From: Podospora anserina
Taxonomy: Eukaryota
DNA: 64,000 nt
Direction: 5' to 3'
Assembly: GCA_017654855.1 (NCBI GenBank)
Contig: CM030332.1
Location: 4,526,001-4,590,000, forward strand
In this document: one piece after another, positions 1 through 11,503 of the stretch
How positions within the stretch are numbered: the first letter of the stretch is position 1
Layout of the letters: every line of letters begins with the position of its first letter
Notes under the pieces: model-generated
What the model saw: only the letters and a program-made list of their open reading frames with translations
Database searches by the model: none
Told to the model about the DNA's origin: nothing
Position numbers and translations under genes: made by a program

Positions 1-67
1 TCGCGACGGGAATCGAACCTAGGTTTCCGACGTAATAGCCGGCGGACTCTATATAATATTACGAGGT
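1..67 (-). pseudogene. RIP-mutated tRNA-Asp-like sequence (tRNA pseudogene or SINE head), truncated by the window edge
   Basis: Minus strand reads ACCTCGTAATATTATATAGAGTCCGCCGGCTATTACGTCGGAAACCTAGGTTCGATTCCCGTCGCGA. It has a T-loop/B-box GGTTCGATTCC, an anticodon stem CCGGC/GTCGG, a loop TATTAC (TGTCAC after RIP transitions) and an acceptor CCTCGT/GCGA. Confidence 0.65.
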
Positions 68-736
68 TAAGAGATATTAAAGAATTTATATATTATTAAC
101 ATTACGCGCTTTCATTATTTTAAAAAGTTAATAGCGTATTACTAACAGTACTTTAACCGGTTAAAAAGGCAGAACCGGCTATATTAGGAGATAAAGAAAG
201 GTCGGAAGGTTAGTTAAGGTTTAAGGAAGAATTTAGGAAGGAAATTACTTTTTACGCTTAGTTTTTCTAACTCCTTTATATTATCGAAATTCCGGGAGAC
301 GGTTCGCGATATTCGTTGTACCGAAACTTTCTTTAGCAACGACAACGACGAACTTTAATATAAAGTACTTTTATAATTTCCTCGGTTTATTTTAATTTAA
401 TCTTAATATTATTATATTTAAAAAGAATTTAAAAAGTTAAAACCTTAAAAACATTATAACGAAACAGGGTTTAGGAAGCATATTACTAATAACGTAAATA
501 ATCGGAAGCAAAAAGGACGTAAAAATTCATAGGGAATATATATAAAATAAAACGAAGGTATCGTATCAAATTCCGGAATATCTTTTTCTTAAAGCATATT
601 TATTTACTTATATAATTGAATATTATAGATAATATGGAAAAGTAAAAGGGAATATTTAGAGGAAAAGAAAATAAGCGATAAGCAATTACTTTAGGATTTA
701 AGTCGATAGAACTTCGGCTTACGAGAAGGGGTAACA

Positions 737-1078
737 TATTATAGTTAAATTAATTAGTAGGATACACCGTGTACGTGATATAATACATATAGTTGATTAT
801 TAATAAAACCAATTAAGACAGAGAATAGTTTTATTTATAGGATTATTATTAAAGGTTAATAATCTAGGAGATTAATAGATGTCTATATATAAAGAAACTT
901 GGCTAGTATGGGTAAATAGTTCCGTTATATAGTTTATAAGTTATAATCGTTAGTATCTAAAGTATTATTATTAAAATAACCTATTATTGTACACTATTTA
1001 GCTGTACCGAACCAGGATTACCGAAAGGTACCTTTAACCAGTATTCCTTTTAGAGGTTCTGGATAGAGGTTCGTTATA
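737..1078 (-). mobile_element. Heavily RIP-mutated LTR, same family as 5754-6146
   Basis: Reverse complement starts TATAACGAACCTCTATCCAGAACCTCT (compare TGTGACGAACCCCTATCCAGAACCTCT), aligns through to TATATATAGAC, and ends CTATAATA (CTGTGACA after RIP). Confidence 0.8.
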
Positions 1079-4000
1079 CTAACAGGGTTATTGCTAAAAT
1101 GTTATATTCTTAATCCTTAGGTTTTCGCTAGTTTTTTCTATTAATTAGTTGAATTACAAATATGTTTAAAACCCTGAAAAACTTATAAAGAGACCATTTT
1201 TGTATAAAAACCCTAATTAATTAACTTCTTAAAAGTCAAAAAGATTTTATATAAATGAATTACTAAATATAATGATCGTTTTCGATGTCGAGAAAGTATT
1301 AATAATAAATAAAGAGTCTAGAATTATTATTATTTCATTTTGCTTTGGTTGCACAACATAAATTCCTGTTTCATCTATAAAAAATGAACTCTATTTTGAA
1401 TTTATAGTATTACTTGAATTTCATGTATATAAATCTGTTTTAATAATAATAAATATTTGTTTTTAAAGAAATACCGGAGTAAAATATAAAGTATTGCAAT
1501 AGTAATTTGGTTTACTATTAATATAATAAAGTACATACTAATAACGAAGGGCTGAAGTAGCCCTAAATAATAAAATAATAAACCGTGAAAAAAACTGATT
1601 GATATGATAAATTATTAAATTAATATTAGACCTCTTTTATCATTCTCCATGAAGCTAAGTTTTAATATGTTAAATATTGTATTAAATCAAGGACTATATG
1701 TATTAAACTACAGAAATCAAATAACCTATATAATTAAGGGTTTTATTTCTTTGGCTTTCAAAAGATTAATTATTAATAGATTTTAACTAAAAATGTATAG
1801 TTAAAATATACTTCAACTTTATCTTTGAAAAAAAGTTTCATTTAATAATGAAATAGTACGTATGAATTAAAAAATAAGAGGACTTCAAAGTTATTAAACA
1901 ATTGATTAATATTATGATTCAATTCCTTGAGTTTAAAGAAATAGTTTAATTAAATATATATTTCGTATTTTGCATGAGAAAAGAAAGAAAACACATAGTA
2001 TTAGAACGATATAGAGTTCAAACACCTAATATAGTTAACTAATTATTGAAAATAATAAAAGTATTCTGAAAAAGTTAATATATAAATGTTTTGTAATTTT
2101 GGATGTTTTCACTTTTTTCCATATAAAGAAGCCCCCCCAATTGAAGCAATTTAGTTAGTTAGATTTTTGAATAGTAGTAGTGTACATAATTAGTATTTTA
2201 ATTATCGATATTTTCAAATAGCTTCTATATTTATTTAATGAAGAAGTAATGGAAATTAGATATATTGGATAAATAGGAGAGGATATAGAAAGATATGTGT
2301 AGAAAGAAGTATATAGTGGAAGGCCAATTGATTAAAACTATAAATATCAGGAATGTAATATTAGAGTGTACGTTAAAATTAAAATTAAAATAGCTGAAAA
2401 AATAGAAAGTAGTTTGAACGAGTGATAAATTAAATATATTAGCAAGGAAACTATATATTATAGATTGTAATTTAAAAAGATAATTTTTTAACGATAACGA
2501 ATTTGAATGATTTGTTTTTATCTTTTACTCTATATGATTTCAAATTAAATTGTACCCACTTTTTTTTAAATAAAGTGTATTTTTTAAAACTCATGTTTTG
2601 TTTAAAAATGATATTATATTCTTTCTTTTAATAGTTTCATTTATTTGTAATATTTAACTATTTGAATATGGTATACTTTGACAGTAAATAATTGAAAAAG
2701 CGGGCAAAGAAGAAGTGCCGGGAAGTACTATAAGAGACAGAGATAGTAGCTTTATTTATTATTAGAACTGTAAATTAAATATAAATGACGAAGCGCTAAA
2801 ACAGCTCTGAATAAAAGCGTTATAAGTTCCTAAAAGGTTATGTACAGGAGACTGATTAAAATAATAAGTTATTAAATCCATATTAGATTAATACAATACT
2901 GTTATTTTTATTAAGTAGTAAGCAAGTCTTAGTACTTAACATGAAATCGAATTTCAATATCATAAATAGTAAATTATATTGAAAATTGTATTTATTTATT
3001 CAATAAGTAGAGATCTAACTTTATATTTTCATATGCATTAGTTATGTTTTCATGATGATATCATTATTAAGAAATACTTTTGTAAAAGAAATATGAATAA
3101 TATATAACAAAAAGAAAAGATTTTGGATTGAATTTGGTTGAGAAACTATAATTATAGTTCTAATAGTATATTATATTTTCTGAAACTAACATGAATGTAT
3201 AATTCAATTCCTCAAAACAATACTTAGTTACCAAATATTAAAGCTATCATAGGTATCTTACATTGAGAATTAGCTGTTATTTTAACTTAATTATTGAAAA
3301 TAACATCCTAATATTTAAATCAAATATTTACGTTAGTTGTCATTTCATAGGTAATGGATAGTGTTTGAGTAATAGCTAAAGAATAAATATTTATAAAAGT
3401 ATATTTAAAGTTTATTAGACAAAGAATAAGTCTTGATCAAGATAACAAACTCCGGTAAATTATATAGATAATAAATTTGATATAAAAATAAGTTTATGAT
3501 ACCAAAAATGTAATTTAAATTCAGTAAGTTGATTTTATATTATTAAAATGATATTGTAAACTTAACTCTTGTTTATTTATTAATATTGATAAATTATATG
3601 AAAATGTCTATATAATCAATACTTTATCCGTTGATGAAATATATCTTTCATTATTTTCTTTTATACTACCTTTTAAGCTACATTAATAATAATACTTCTA
3701 TATAGCTTCCCTTAATATAGTATAACAGTTAAAAAACAAGAATAGTTACTTAATAGAAGTAATCATTTGATATGTTTTAGTATTACTTACTATGTAATAC
3801 AGCTCTGGTAAGAGAATTTTTAGTCAGGGAAATATCTAGGTAATTTGGTAAAAACAGTTGGAAAGGTATATACAAAATTTGGCTATATTATTACACCGGA
3901 TTTATGCCATAAATATACAATCAAAATATAATGATAGTATTGTAAAATACTAACATTTATATATATTGAAAAGAACTGACGTCGGGTATCAATCGGGTTT

Positions 4001-5134
4001 TTAGATTTCCTAGATGAATAAAAAGGTATATTTATGTGTTAATCTTCGAAATTTTCTTATTTATTTTTTTAAAAATATATTGATATATTTTTATCAGTAT
4101 TTTCATTTAAGCTATCTTTGTTATATTGAATTTAATTATTTCATATACTCTTTATCCTTTAATTTAATAGTAATAGGTTTAATATTGTTTATTTTGATTA
4201 CAATTTAAATTATAGGTATGAATTATTTAATTTGTTCCGATTCAATTGTATTTCCGAAAATAGTAATTGATTGAAAAAATAAAATTAAATATAACAAAAG
4301 TAAGTATATTTACTTTATTTGAATTATTTATATTTAATTAATGATATTAGAAAATTATACGTAAAGACTAGAATTAAGGTGATTAATTTTTTTAATTTCA
4401 TTAGGTTTTAATTAAGCAAAAACAGACTCTTCGGTATTTGTAAAAAGTATTAGAGAACGAATTTTCTTTTTCAAATATTTTACAAGCTTTTTATTTTTAA
4501 ATTTAGTCTTTTGGTTTAGTATCACAAATTGGGTTTCTTATAGTTTATTTAATCTTATTTTCGAACTATAAGATAATTTGAATAGTGTTACCTTATTATT
4601 TAGGATAATTATAAACATATATATGTTACGTTTAATTAATAGTTTATATAATTATAAATTATTAATTGTATTACTATTATAATCAATTACTTTAATATTA
4701 TAATAAAGAATTATGTTAAGATTCTATAAATAAAGCTTTCTAAATATCAATTAACAGAGGAAATTTTCTTTTTTTGAAATTAAACTTAAGCAGAGGAACC
4801 TCGGGAAATTCAAAGTATTTAACTTTTTTTAAACTACTGTAACTCCAGTAAAAAGAAAATTTGTGCATACTATAAGACTGATTAGTTTTTTTATAGCTTA
4901 TATGTGAGTCTGTTATTTGCTTTTTAGACCCTGTAATAAATCTTTTGCACCGACAACACCACAGTCTAGTCTTAAGCTTAGATCAGCTTGACTATTCAAT
5001 GTACCCGGGGACCCACACCCCCACACTCCCATGAACCGGCTAATCAAAAACCACCAAATACAACAGCGACGGCTAGTCTATGACTATACTGGCATATAAA
5101 TATCGGTTTTTTTATCAATATTAGGCTTATTTAA

Positions 5135-5375
5135 GTGATAAATATATATATTGAAAAAAAGCTTGAAAAAGACAGTTAAATCGTCACTAGTTGCACCTAG
5201 GTAAGCTTTATTTTAAAAAATTGGTAGTAAAAAAGGTAGTGTCGAAAGTAACTACTTACACTTACTATATTACCTTTTCCACTACAAATTAGTGAAAGTA
5301 AAGCTTACCTAAGTGTAACTAGTATAAAATTAGCAGTCTTTTTTAAGCCGTTTTTAGAGTATATAGATATAACTG
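5135..5375. repeat. Imperfect ~240-bp fold-back inverted repeat (MITE-like or element subterminus)
   Basis: 5186-5210 ACTAGTTGCACCTAGGTAAGCTTTA matches the reverse complement of 5299-5323 with 2 transition mismatches; weaker symmetry continues inward and outward. Confidence 0.8.
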
Positions 5376-5753
5376 GTATTAGTAGAAAAGGCGTGTAGAA
5401 ACATAAGCTTTGTTGGCTACTTATATCTACTACATTAGTTTTTCTACCATTGATTAGCTAATATATTAACCAAAAAAAAAGCATATAAAAAGCTTCCATT
5501 TATACCGAATTTAAATAATCTCTTACATGTTTTTAATGTATTTATATAGTAAGATATTTACGTAAAAATAAAGCAAAAAATACTATTTTTCTACCACGCT
5601 CGGCACAAAACCGCAGTATAGTCTCAAACCTCTTTTCAATTATTTGTGCGAGGGCCCTACAAATACCTAGAAGTGGCCTGTGCGGCTTATGGGCCCTGTG
5701 GGGCACTTAGCTGTACATAAAAAGAGGAAACTCCGCACCGCTCCCCGTTCAAG

Positions 5754-6146
5754 TGTGACGAACCCCTATCCAGAACCTCTCCGAAAGAGATACTGGTTGA
5801 AGGCACTTCTGAACAATCCTAGTTTGGTACAGCTAAACAATATACAACAAATGGCTTGTCTCAATTACAACAGTCTAGATATCAACGATTGTGACTTGTA
5901 TTGCATACTGCGGAACTGTCTATCTACGCCAGCCAGTTCCTCTGTATATATAGACCTTGATCCTTCAAGTACCTCCGTACCTGGCTCACTACGCTCACCA
6001 GGTGAGCCTGGTGATCCGGCTCACCTTTGCCAAGCAGTGAGCCTCCCATCACCCTGCAGCCTCGCCGCTGTGTCTCTCTTCCCTGATTAGCGCACACGGC
6101 CCGCTGCAGTCTCCACTTGGTCTTGCTATATTGTTGGTCTGTGACA
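5754..6146 (+). mobile_element. Solo LTR (393 bp), largely un-RIPed
   Basis: TGTGAC...TGTGACA termini, TATA-like TATATATAG near 5944, flanking 5-bp TSD TCAAG (5749-5753) and TCGAG (6147-6151), and homology to the RIPed copy at 737-1078. Confidence 0.85.
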
Positions 6147-6255
6147 TCGAGGCATCCACAAATCTTCGATTCTCTATTTCTTTTTTTTTTTAACAAAAGG
6201 ATTTTTTAAAAATATTATGTAGAAAGCGTAAATAAAATAAGTAAAATATAAATTA

Positions 6256-6563
6256 AAATACAATAAATACAATAAATACAATAAATACAATAAATACAAT
6301 AAATACAATAAATACAATAAATACAATAAATACAATAAATACAATAAATACAATAAATACAATAAATACAATAAATACAATAAATACAATAAATACAATA
6401 AATACAATAAATACAATAAATACAATAAATACAATAAATACAATAAATACAATAAATACAATAAATACAATAAATACAATAAATACAATAAATACAATAA
6501 ATACAATAAATACAATAAATACAATAAATACAATAAATACAATAAATACAATAAATACAATAA
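6256..6563 (+). repeat. Tandem array (AATAAATAC)33 plus partial units
   Basis: Perfect 9-bp units from 6262 to 6558; this explains the spurious (LLY)n ORF. Confidence 0.98.
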
Positions 6564-7093
6564 TGAAAATAATTAATTTAGAATGGTAAGCTTTGCGGAA
6601 CTAAGCTTACTCGCTCCGCTGTTTCGTTCGCAAAATTTATACTTGGCTTACCACTAAATTAAATCTTTCTTTATAAAAAAAATTTTAAACCTTAAAAATT
6701 TTTTGCCCGAAAATCAAATCTATAACCTTTCCGAAAAAAATTATTTATTTCATTTAAATATACCATAACCTATATTTATTTTTAAAAAAAAATTCGTCAT
6801 ATAAAGAATAAAACTTATATTCACTTAACTATATTACAGTTTAATTGTTGAATTCCATAAATAATAATAAAATAAAATTTTCTTTTGGGAGAGCCGATCC
6901 GGGCGGAAAGACTTCGGGGAAATGTAAGTATCCCAAATCTGTTTCTGGACCTCCGTAAACTCCGGTAAAAAGAAAGATTTGTGGATGCCAAAATGGAAGA
7001 GGTCTGAGCTACTGAGACTACACCAGTCTGCCTCCGTTGGGTTCATCGCAAAAAGGTCGCTACGCGCCACACCCTTCTTGATTTGCGTTAATA

Positions 7094-9016
7094 ATGCCCG
7101 ACAAGACCCTCACAGTCGCAACTTATGCTGCAGGTGCCTCGTTTGCCGCCATCACCCTCGTCTATGTATTTGGCCCGACTTTCTTCTTCGATGCTGGCCC
7201 ATCTGCCTCGACGAACCGAAATAGAGGCGCCGTCGGCCTCTCCAACCCTGCCAATGATTGTTTCATCAACTCTGTTCTCCAGGCACTCGCTGGGTTAGGG
7301 GACCTTCGAGTTTATTTAATACGCGAAACACATCGTCGCAGCCTCGATGACGAGCTCGTCTACGCCCAGGTTGTACCAGTCGGTCTTCTCCCAGGAGATG
7401 CGCAACACTTTAGGGGCGACATGCCACACTGGAAGATGGAGGGTTTTCAGAAAGGGCTGGTAACAAAGGGACTGAAAGATATCCTGGACGCTCTCAACGA
7501 ACGACCTTTGTACAAGAAAACCATCACCGCCATGCCATTCCTTCGTGTCTTGGAGGAGGCATTTCGCCAGCGAATTAGCAGACGGCAACAAGACGCTCAA
7601 GAGTTTCTGCAAGTGGTTGCGGAAAGGCTCTGTAATGAATACCACGCGGGACGAAGAGCGAGGGCCTCTGCACGACGGAGTTGTGCTCTTGGTGATGCCG
7701 CTTTGGAGCTTGCGCAGACAGCGCCACACAAGGACTCAACCCAGGGCCTGGTGATACAAGTCAACGACATTGAAAAACCACAAGGGCAGTCTGAAGTTGT
7801 CAATGATGGACTTGGTGAAGGGCAAGAGGAAGGCTTTCCTATGGAGGGACAGTCTAAATCACAGATCGAATGCCTCACATGTGGTTTTAAACCCCGTCCT
7901 ACAGCAACAACATTTTGCACCTTGACTCTCAATGTGCCACAGGTGTCATCGGCCACCACCCTTGGGGCTTGTTTTGATGGCATGTTCAAGACAGAATACA
8001 TCGACGACTTCAAGTGTGAAAAATGTCGTTTGATGCATGCCATACTATTACTGGAAGCAGACCTGCAGCGATCCACCTCGGAAGTGGCAAGAGAAAATAT
8101 ACGAGCAGCTATCGACAAACTGCAATCTGCTCTTGAAACAGATCCTGAGGACCCCCCGAATGATGTTGTTTTACCAGACCTCAGTCATGCCCCAAAGCGA
8201 CGAATAGCACGCCACATCCGCCTTACCAGTTTCCCGAAGATCCTGGCCATTCACCTCTCTCGCTCAATCTTCGACGCCAGTCATTATTCTCAGAAAAACT
8301 CGGCCAAGGTGGTTTTCCCCGAAAAACTTCCCCTGGGTGGGTTGCTTAACCAAAAAAAGTACAAACTCTTGGGCGTGGTGACACACAAGGGAAGTCACGA
8401 CAGCGGTCATTATGAAACATTTCGTCGCCAGGTTATGCAACCCCCCTTTTCCAACCCTAGCACGTTTAAGCCAGCAGAAGTCTATAGCAGAACCGTCAGC
8501 CCGGCGCCCACGCCGCACATCAGAGCTCAGCGACCGGACGGTGGAGAGGAGAACTCGTTGATGTCAACACCAGATCTTTTGTCCCCTTCCGGGGGAGACT
8601 CACTCACGCCGCCGTTGGACCCTTGGAAACACTCTGCACCGGCACCTCAAACGTCTATCTTACCGGATGGAGATAAGCCAGCGTCACCTTTGGGCTCTCC
8701 GCAGAAAGATGTCTTGTCTGTCAGCAGGGGTAGGGAATCTGAATCCACCAGTCTCCGGTCGGTTGCAGCAAGCGCCAAATCAACGTTCTCCAAAATCACC
8801 TCTCGACCTTCAGCCGGGACCGAAAGCAACTCAAAATCTGACGTGATGGATACATCTACTGCGAAATCATTGACCACTGCCAAGCCGAGGCACCGAAAAG
8901 TCCAAGACCGGTGGTGGCGTATCAGCGACGACAAAGTTAAGGAAGCAAGTACCCGCGATGTTTTGAGCATGCAGCGGGAGGTCTACCTTCTGTTCTATGA
9001 GCTGGAGCGCGCATAA
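7094..9016 (+). CDS. UBP16: Ubiquitin C-terminal hydrolase (USP/C19) with N-terminal membrane anchor, Ubp16-like
   Basis: 640-aa ORF with Cys box GLSNPANDCFINSVLQAL, QQDAQEFL, His box HKGSHDSGHY, WWRISDD and a hydrophobic N-terminus. Confidence 0.85.
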   Translation: MPDKTLTVATYAAGASFAAITLVYVFGPTFFFDAGPSASTNRNRGAVGLSNPANDCFINSVLQALAGLGDLRVYLIRETHRRSLDDELVYAQVVPVGLLPGDAQHFRGDMPHWKMEGFQKGLVTKGLKDILDALNERPLYKKTITAMPFLRVLEEAFRQRISRRQQDAQEFLQVVAERLCNEYHAGRRARASARRSCALGDAALELAQTAPHKDSTQGLVIQVNDIEKPQGQSEVVNDGLGEGQEEGFPMEGQSKSQIECLTCGFKPRPTATTFCTLTLNVPQVSSATTLGACFDGMFKTEYIDDFKCEKCRLMHAILLLEADLQRSTSEVARENIRAAIDKLQSALETDPEDPPNDVVLPDLSHAPKRRIARHIRLTSFPKILAIHLSRSIFDASHYSQKNSAKVVFPEKLPLGGLLNQKKYKLLGVVTHKGSHDSGHYETFRRQVMQPPFSNPSTFKPAEVYSRTVSPAPTPHIRAQRPDGGEENSLMSTPDLLSPSGGDSLTPPLDPWKHSAPAPQTSILPDGDKPASPLGSPQKDVLSVSRGRESESTSLRSVAASAKSTFSKITSRPSAGTESNSKSDVMDTSTAKSLTTAKPRHRKVQDRWWRISDDKVKEASTRDVLSMQREVYLLFYELERA

Positions 9017-9414
9017 AAGCCAGTTTCCATTGCTTCTAGCAAGCCCCTTATCCTAAAGTCATTTGAGTCAGCATCACCAATGTCGTGCCATTGGGATTGT
9101 CAGTAGTGTGACAGTCCTACTTTGGAGAGACTACTTCTGAGGGAGATCGCGGTTGGGTAATGTAGATGTATTAAGTAAGGCTAAGCTAGACAGGTCATAG
9201 CATAAGCACCCCAACATGGCTCGCGTGAACTCCTTGCAGGCTCATAAACTTGTATCGGTTGCTTGGGCAAGTGTAAGAACCAAGTTCTTACAGCCCCCTA
9301 TTTTCCCGCCAGAACCAAGCAACCATGTGTGTGATGGCGGGTGTTATTTTTGCGCCGATACTGGAACGCAAGTGTTGCTGGCAAGACGACAGTGTATTTG
9401 TCATGCTGACAGGC

Positions 9415-10882
9415 TCACTGGCCAAGCAACTCTTTAGCTAACTTGGCAGCTTCATCGCCGGTTGGCACAGGTGTACTGTGGGCTTGGGCCGACTTTTGCG
9501 AGTCGAAACGCCACAATCCGCCAGTCTTGTCAGCGTCGCCATGCTCTGCCAGGTTGACGATTGGACCCAACCGGGTCAAGACCAGATCGGGGGAATCCGC
9601 GGAGGCAGTAAAATAGCGCCGTTCCCATGTGCGCCCCTCGGCCTTCTCTTTAATACGCATTTCTCGCTGAGCACTCTCGATCTTGCTCTTCTCAACGTGG
9701 ACAACGTCAAATTCACCCTTCGCAATCGCCACTGCAACCTTGTTCCATGCCCTTCTTGACTCAAGGGGATGTTGCTCATCGATGGGAGCGACGATGAGGT
9801 TACTTGTTGGGTTTTGGGCCGGGTCCCAAAGTTCCACCAAGTTGCCGGCGCTGTTGTGCTTGGCCGGGCCGGAGTGTATCTCGAAGGTTTTGGTCCACTG
9901 TCCCGAGACGTTGAAGAGGACATCCTTCTCCTTTCCAGTCGGGTACAACACCGCAGTGAGGGAATTTTTCTTGCCAGATAACCAGCCCTTTCCACTGTAG
10001 TCGATCTTTGCCGTGAAGCCAGTCGAGGATGTAATGTAGGAGCTACCGTCAAGTTCGATGAAAGGGGAACCAAAGACGAGACCCTCGATGTGCAGCGACG
10101 GAAGAGTGATCAAGTAGGTGTCAGGTTCTCCCGAAGACGAGGGAACAGTGAGAACGGCGTGGCCTATTTGCTTGACGTTGATTGTCTTGGAAAAGGACGC
10201 CTTCTGGGCATTGTAGCCCTCGAGCCGAACACCTGATTGAGCTGCATGTTAGCCTTGGGCTTGGCACTCCCTCTTCTTCAGTCCAGAGGAAGGAATTCGT
10301 CGTACCGGTTGTAGCATTAGTGATGTTGTAGGCAGTTGCTGGTGGGTGATGGCTAATATCAGTGTCAGCAATCTGTCGGCTGCAGCAGAGAGAGCAGGCC
10401 ACGGGTCGACGAACCTAACCTGCTCGCTGATGAGCTCAGTTGTCCCAGCACCGTCCTCCCATTTCCCGAGGAACAGCTCGCCCAGGAACGGGTTCAGTGG
10501 CTTCTTTTCATTCCCGTATTGTTCACTCCGACTGGCGTACTGCTGTTTTAATGTTGTCAAGAACCACTTCAAGACCAGAAGCGCACGTTTCGCGGGGTCG
10601 GATTCTTTGGCAGGTGCGGCGAAAACGGATGGATGTTCGCACCAGTACGAGCTGAACTCGGTAAGGCTGGTAGACGAGAGGATGAAGGGAGGTGCGGTAA
10701 GGCTGGAGAGGTCTCCGTTGAAGGACGCGATAGACTGATCCCGTCAAGGGAAGGTTAGCCGCAATGCGGTACAAAAGGTCGTGTCGATAGCTTTGACTGA
10801 GCAAGGCAAACTGACTGACCTTGAGGAAAGCACCCCAGCCTCCTCCAGCACCGGCTTGCGCTTGCTGCGGTGGGGTCTCCAT
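9415..10882 (-). CDS. KES1: Oxysterol-binding protein, Kes1/Osh4 family (4 exons)
   Basis: Spliced product contains WGAFLKSIASFNGDLSSLTAPPFIL, EKKPLNPFLGELF and the OSBP signature EQVSHHPP; three GT-AG introns. Confidence 0.93.
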
Positions 10883-11503
10883 GATGTCTCCGAGGTGTGT
10901 TGAGCGCGAGTATAGACAGTTGGGAGGATTGCAATGGAGCAGCACAAAGCGTGGTTGAATGCGATTTGTGATGGAGGGTACCAAGTCTCGACACACGAGA
11001 TCACTGTGGAGTTGTGGGGAATGGCGGAATGGAGGGGTATGCTGGTGGAGAGTGGGTTCTTCCCGGTGATTTAAGAACGAGTGGCCCTTCTGAATGGTCT
11101 TGGGGAGCAAAAGGCGGCCCCCTTATTATGTTGCCGGCTTGGGACACCTCCAAGACCTAGGCTGCGCCAATCATTGGTTACCTGCCGCCGAATTGTCAAG
11201 GTTGGGATACCTTTGTAACTGCGATCTGCTTGACGTCAACGTCTCGTCCCATGTTTCCCACGTCACTGGCAGACCAAAACCCAAAGGGGTGGGTGACAGT
11301 CTGGCAGTCTGCAGCGTCAACAGGTACTGGGAACGACCTGGACGCCGACGCCAAGCTGTTGAGGTTTAACCTTGGCCTCAGCCACCCACCATGACTTGAA
11401 GCTCTAGATCCGACAAACTTAGATTCTGTTGACGACTACCTGTGTTTCTACCCTAATTGAAATTCGCACCAACCAATCGACAGCAAACAAGATCCAGTAT
11501 TTG

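Larger units (their letters stand above)
1..6960. mobile_element. AT-rich block of RIP-degraded transposon relics (heterochromatin-like)
   Basis: Extreme AT richness, excess TpA, depleted CpA/TpG, no credible ORFs, recognisable LTR relics, and a sharp switch to roughly balanced GC about 130 bp before the first gene. Confidence 0.9.

Noticed and set aside
1200-4900. Assigning the RIPed segment to a specific element (Tc1, Helitron, Starship captain)
   Set aside because: Too degenerate to recover a diagnostic motif by eye.
5680-6196. ORFs 5680-6090 and 5924-6196 in the GC-normal island
   Set aside because: They lie within a solo LTR with TG...CA ends and a TSD, so they are chance frames.
6174-6560. 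128-aa (LLY)n ORF
   Set aside because: It is the translation of the 9-bp tandem array and has no ATG start.
6256-6563. Array as CRISPR or telomere
   Set aside because: There are no spacers, the context is eukaryotic, and the unit is not TTAGGG-like.
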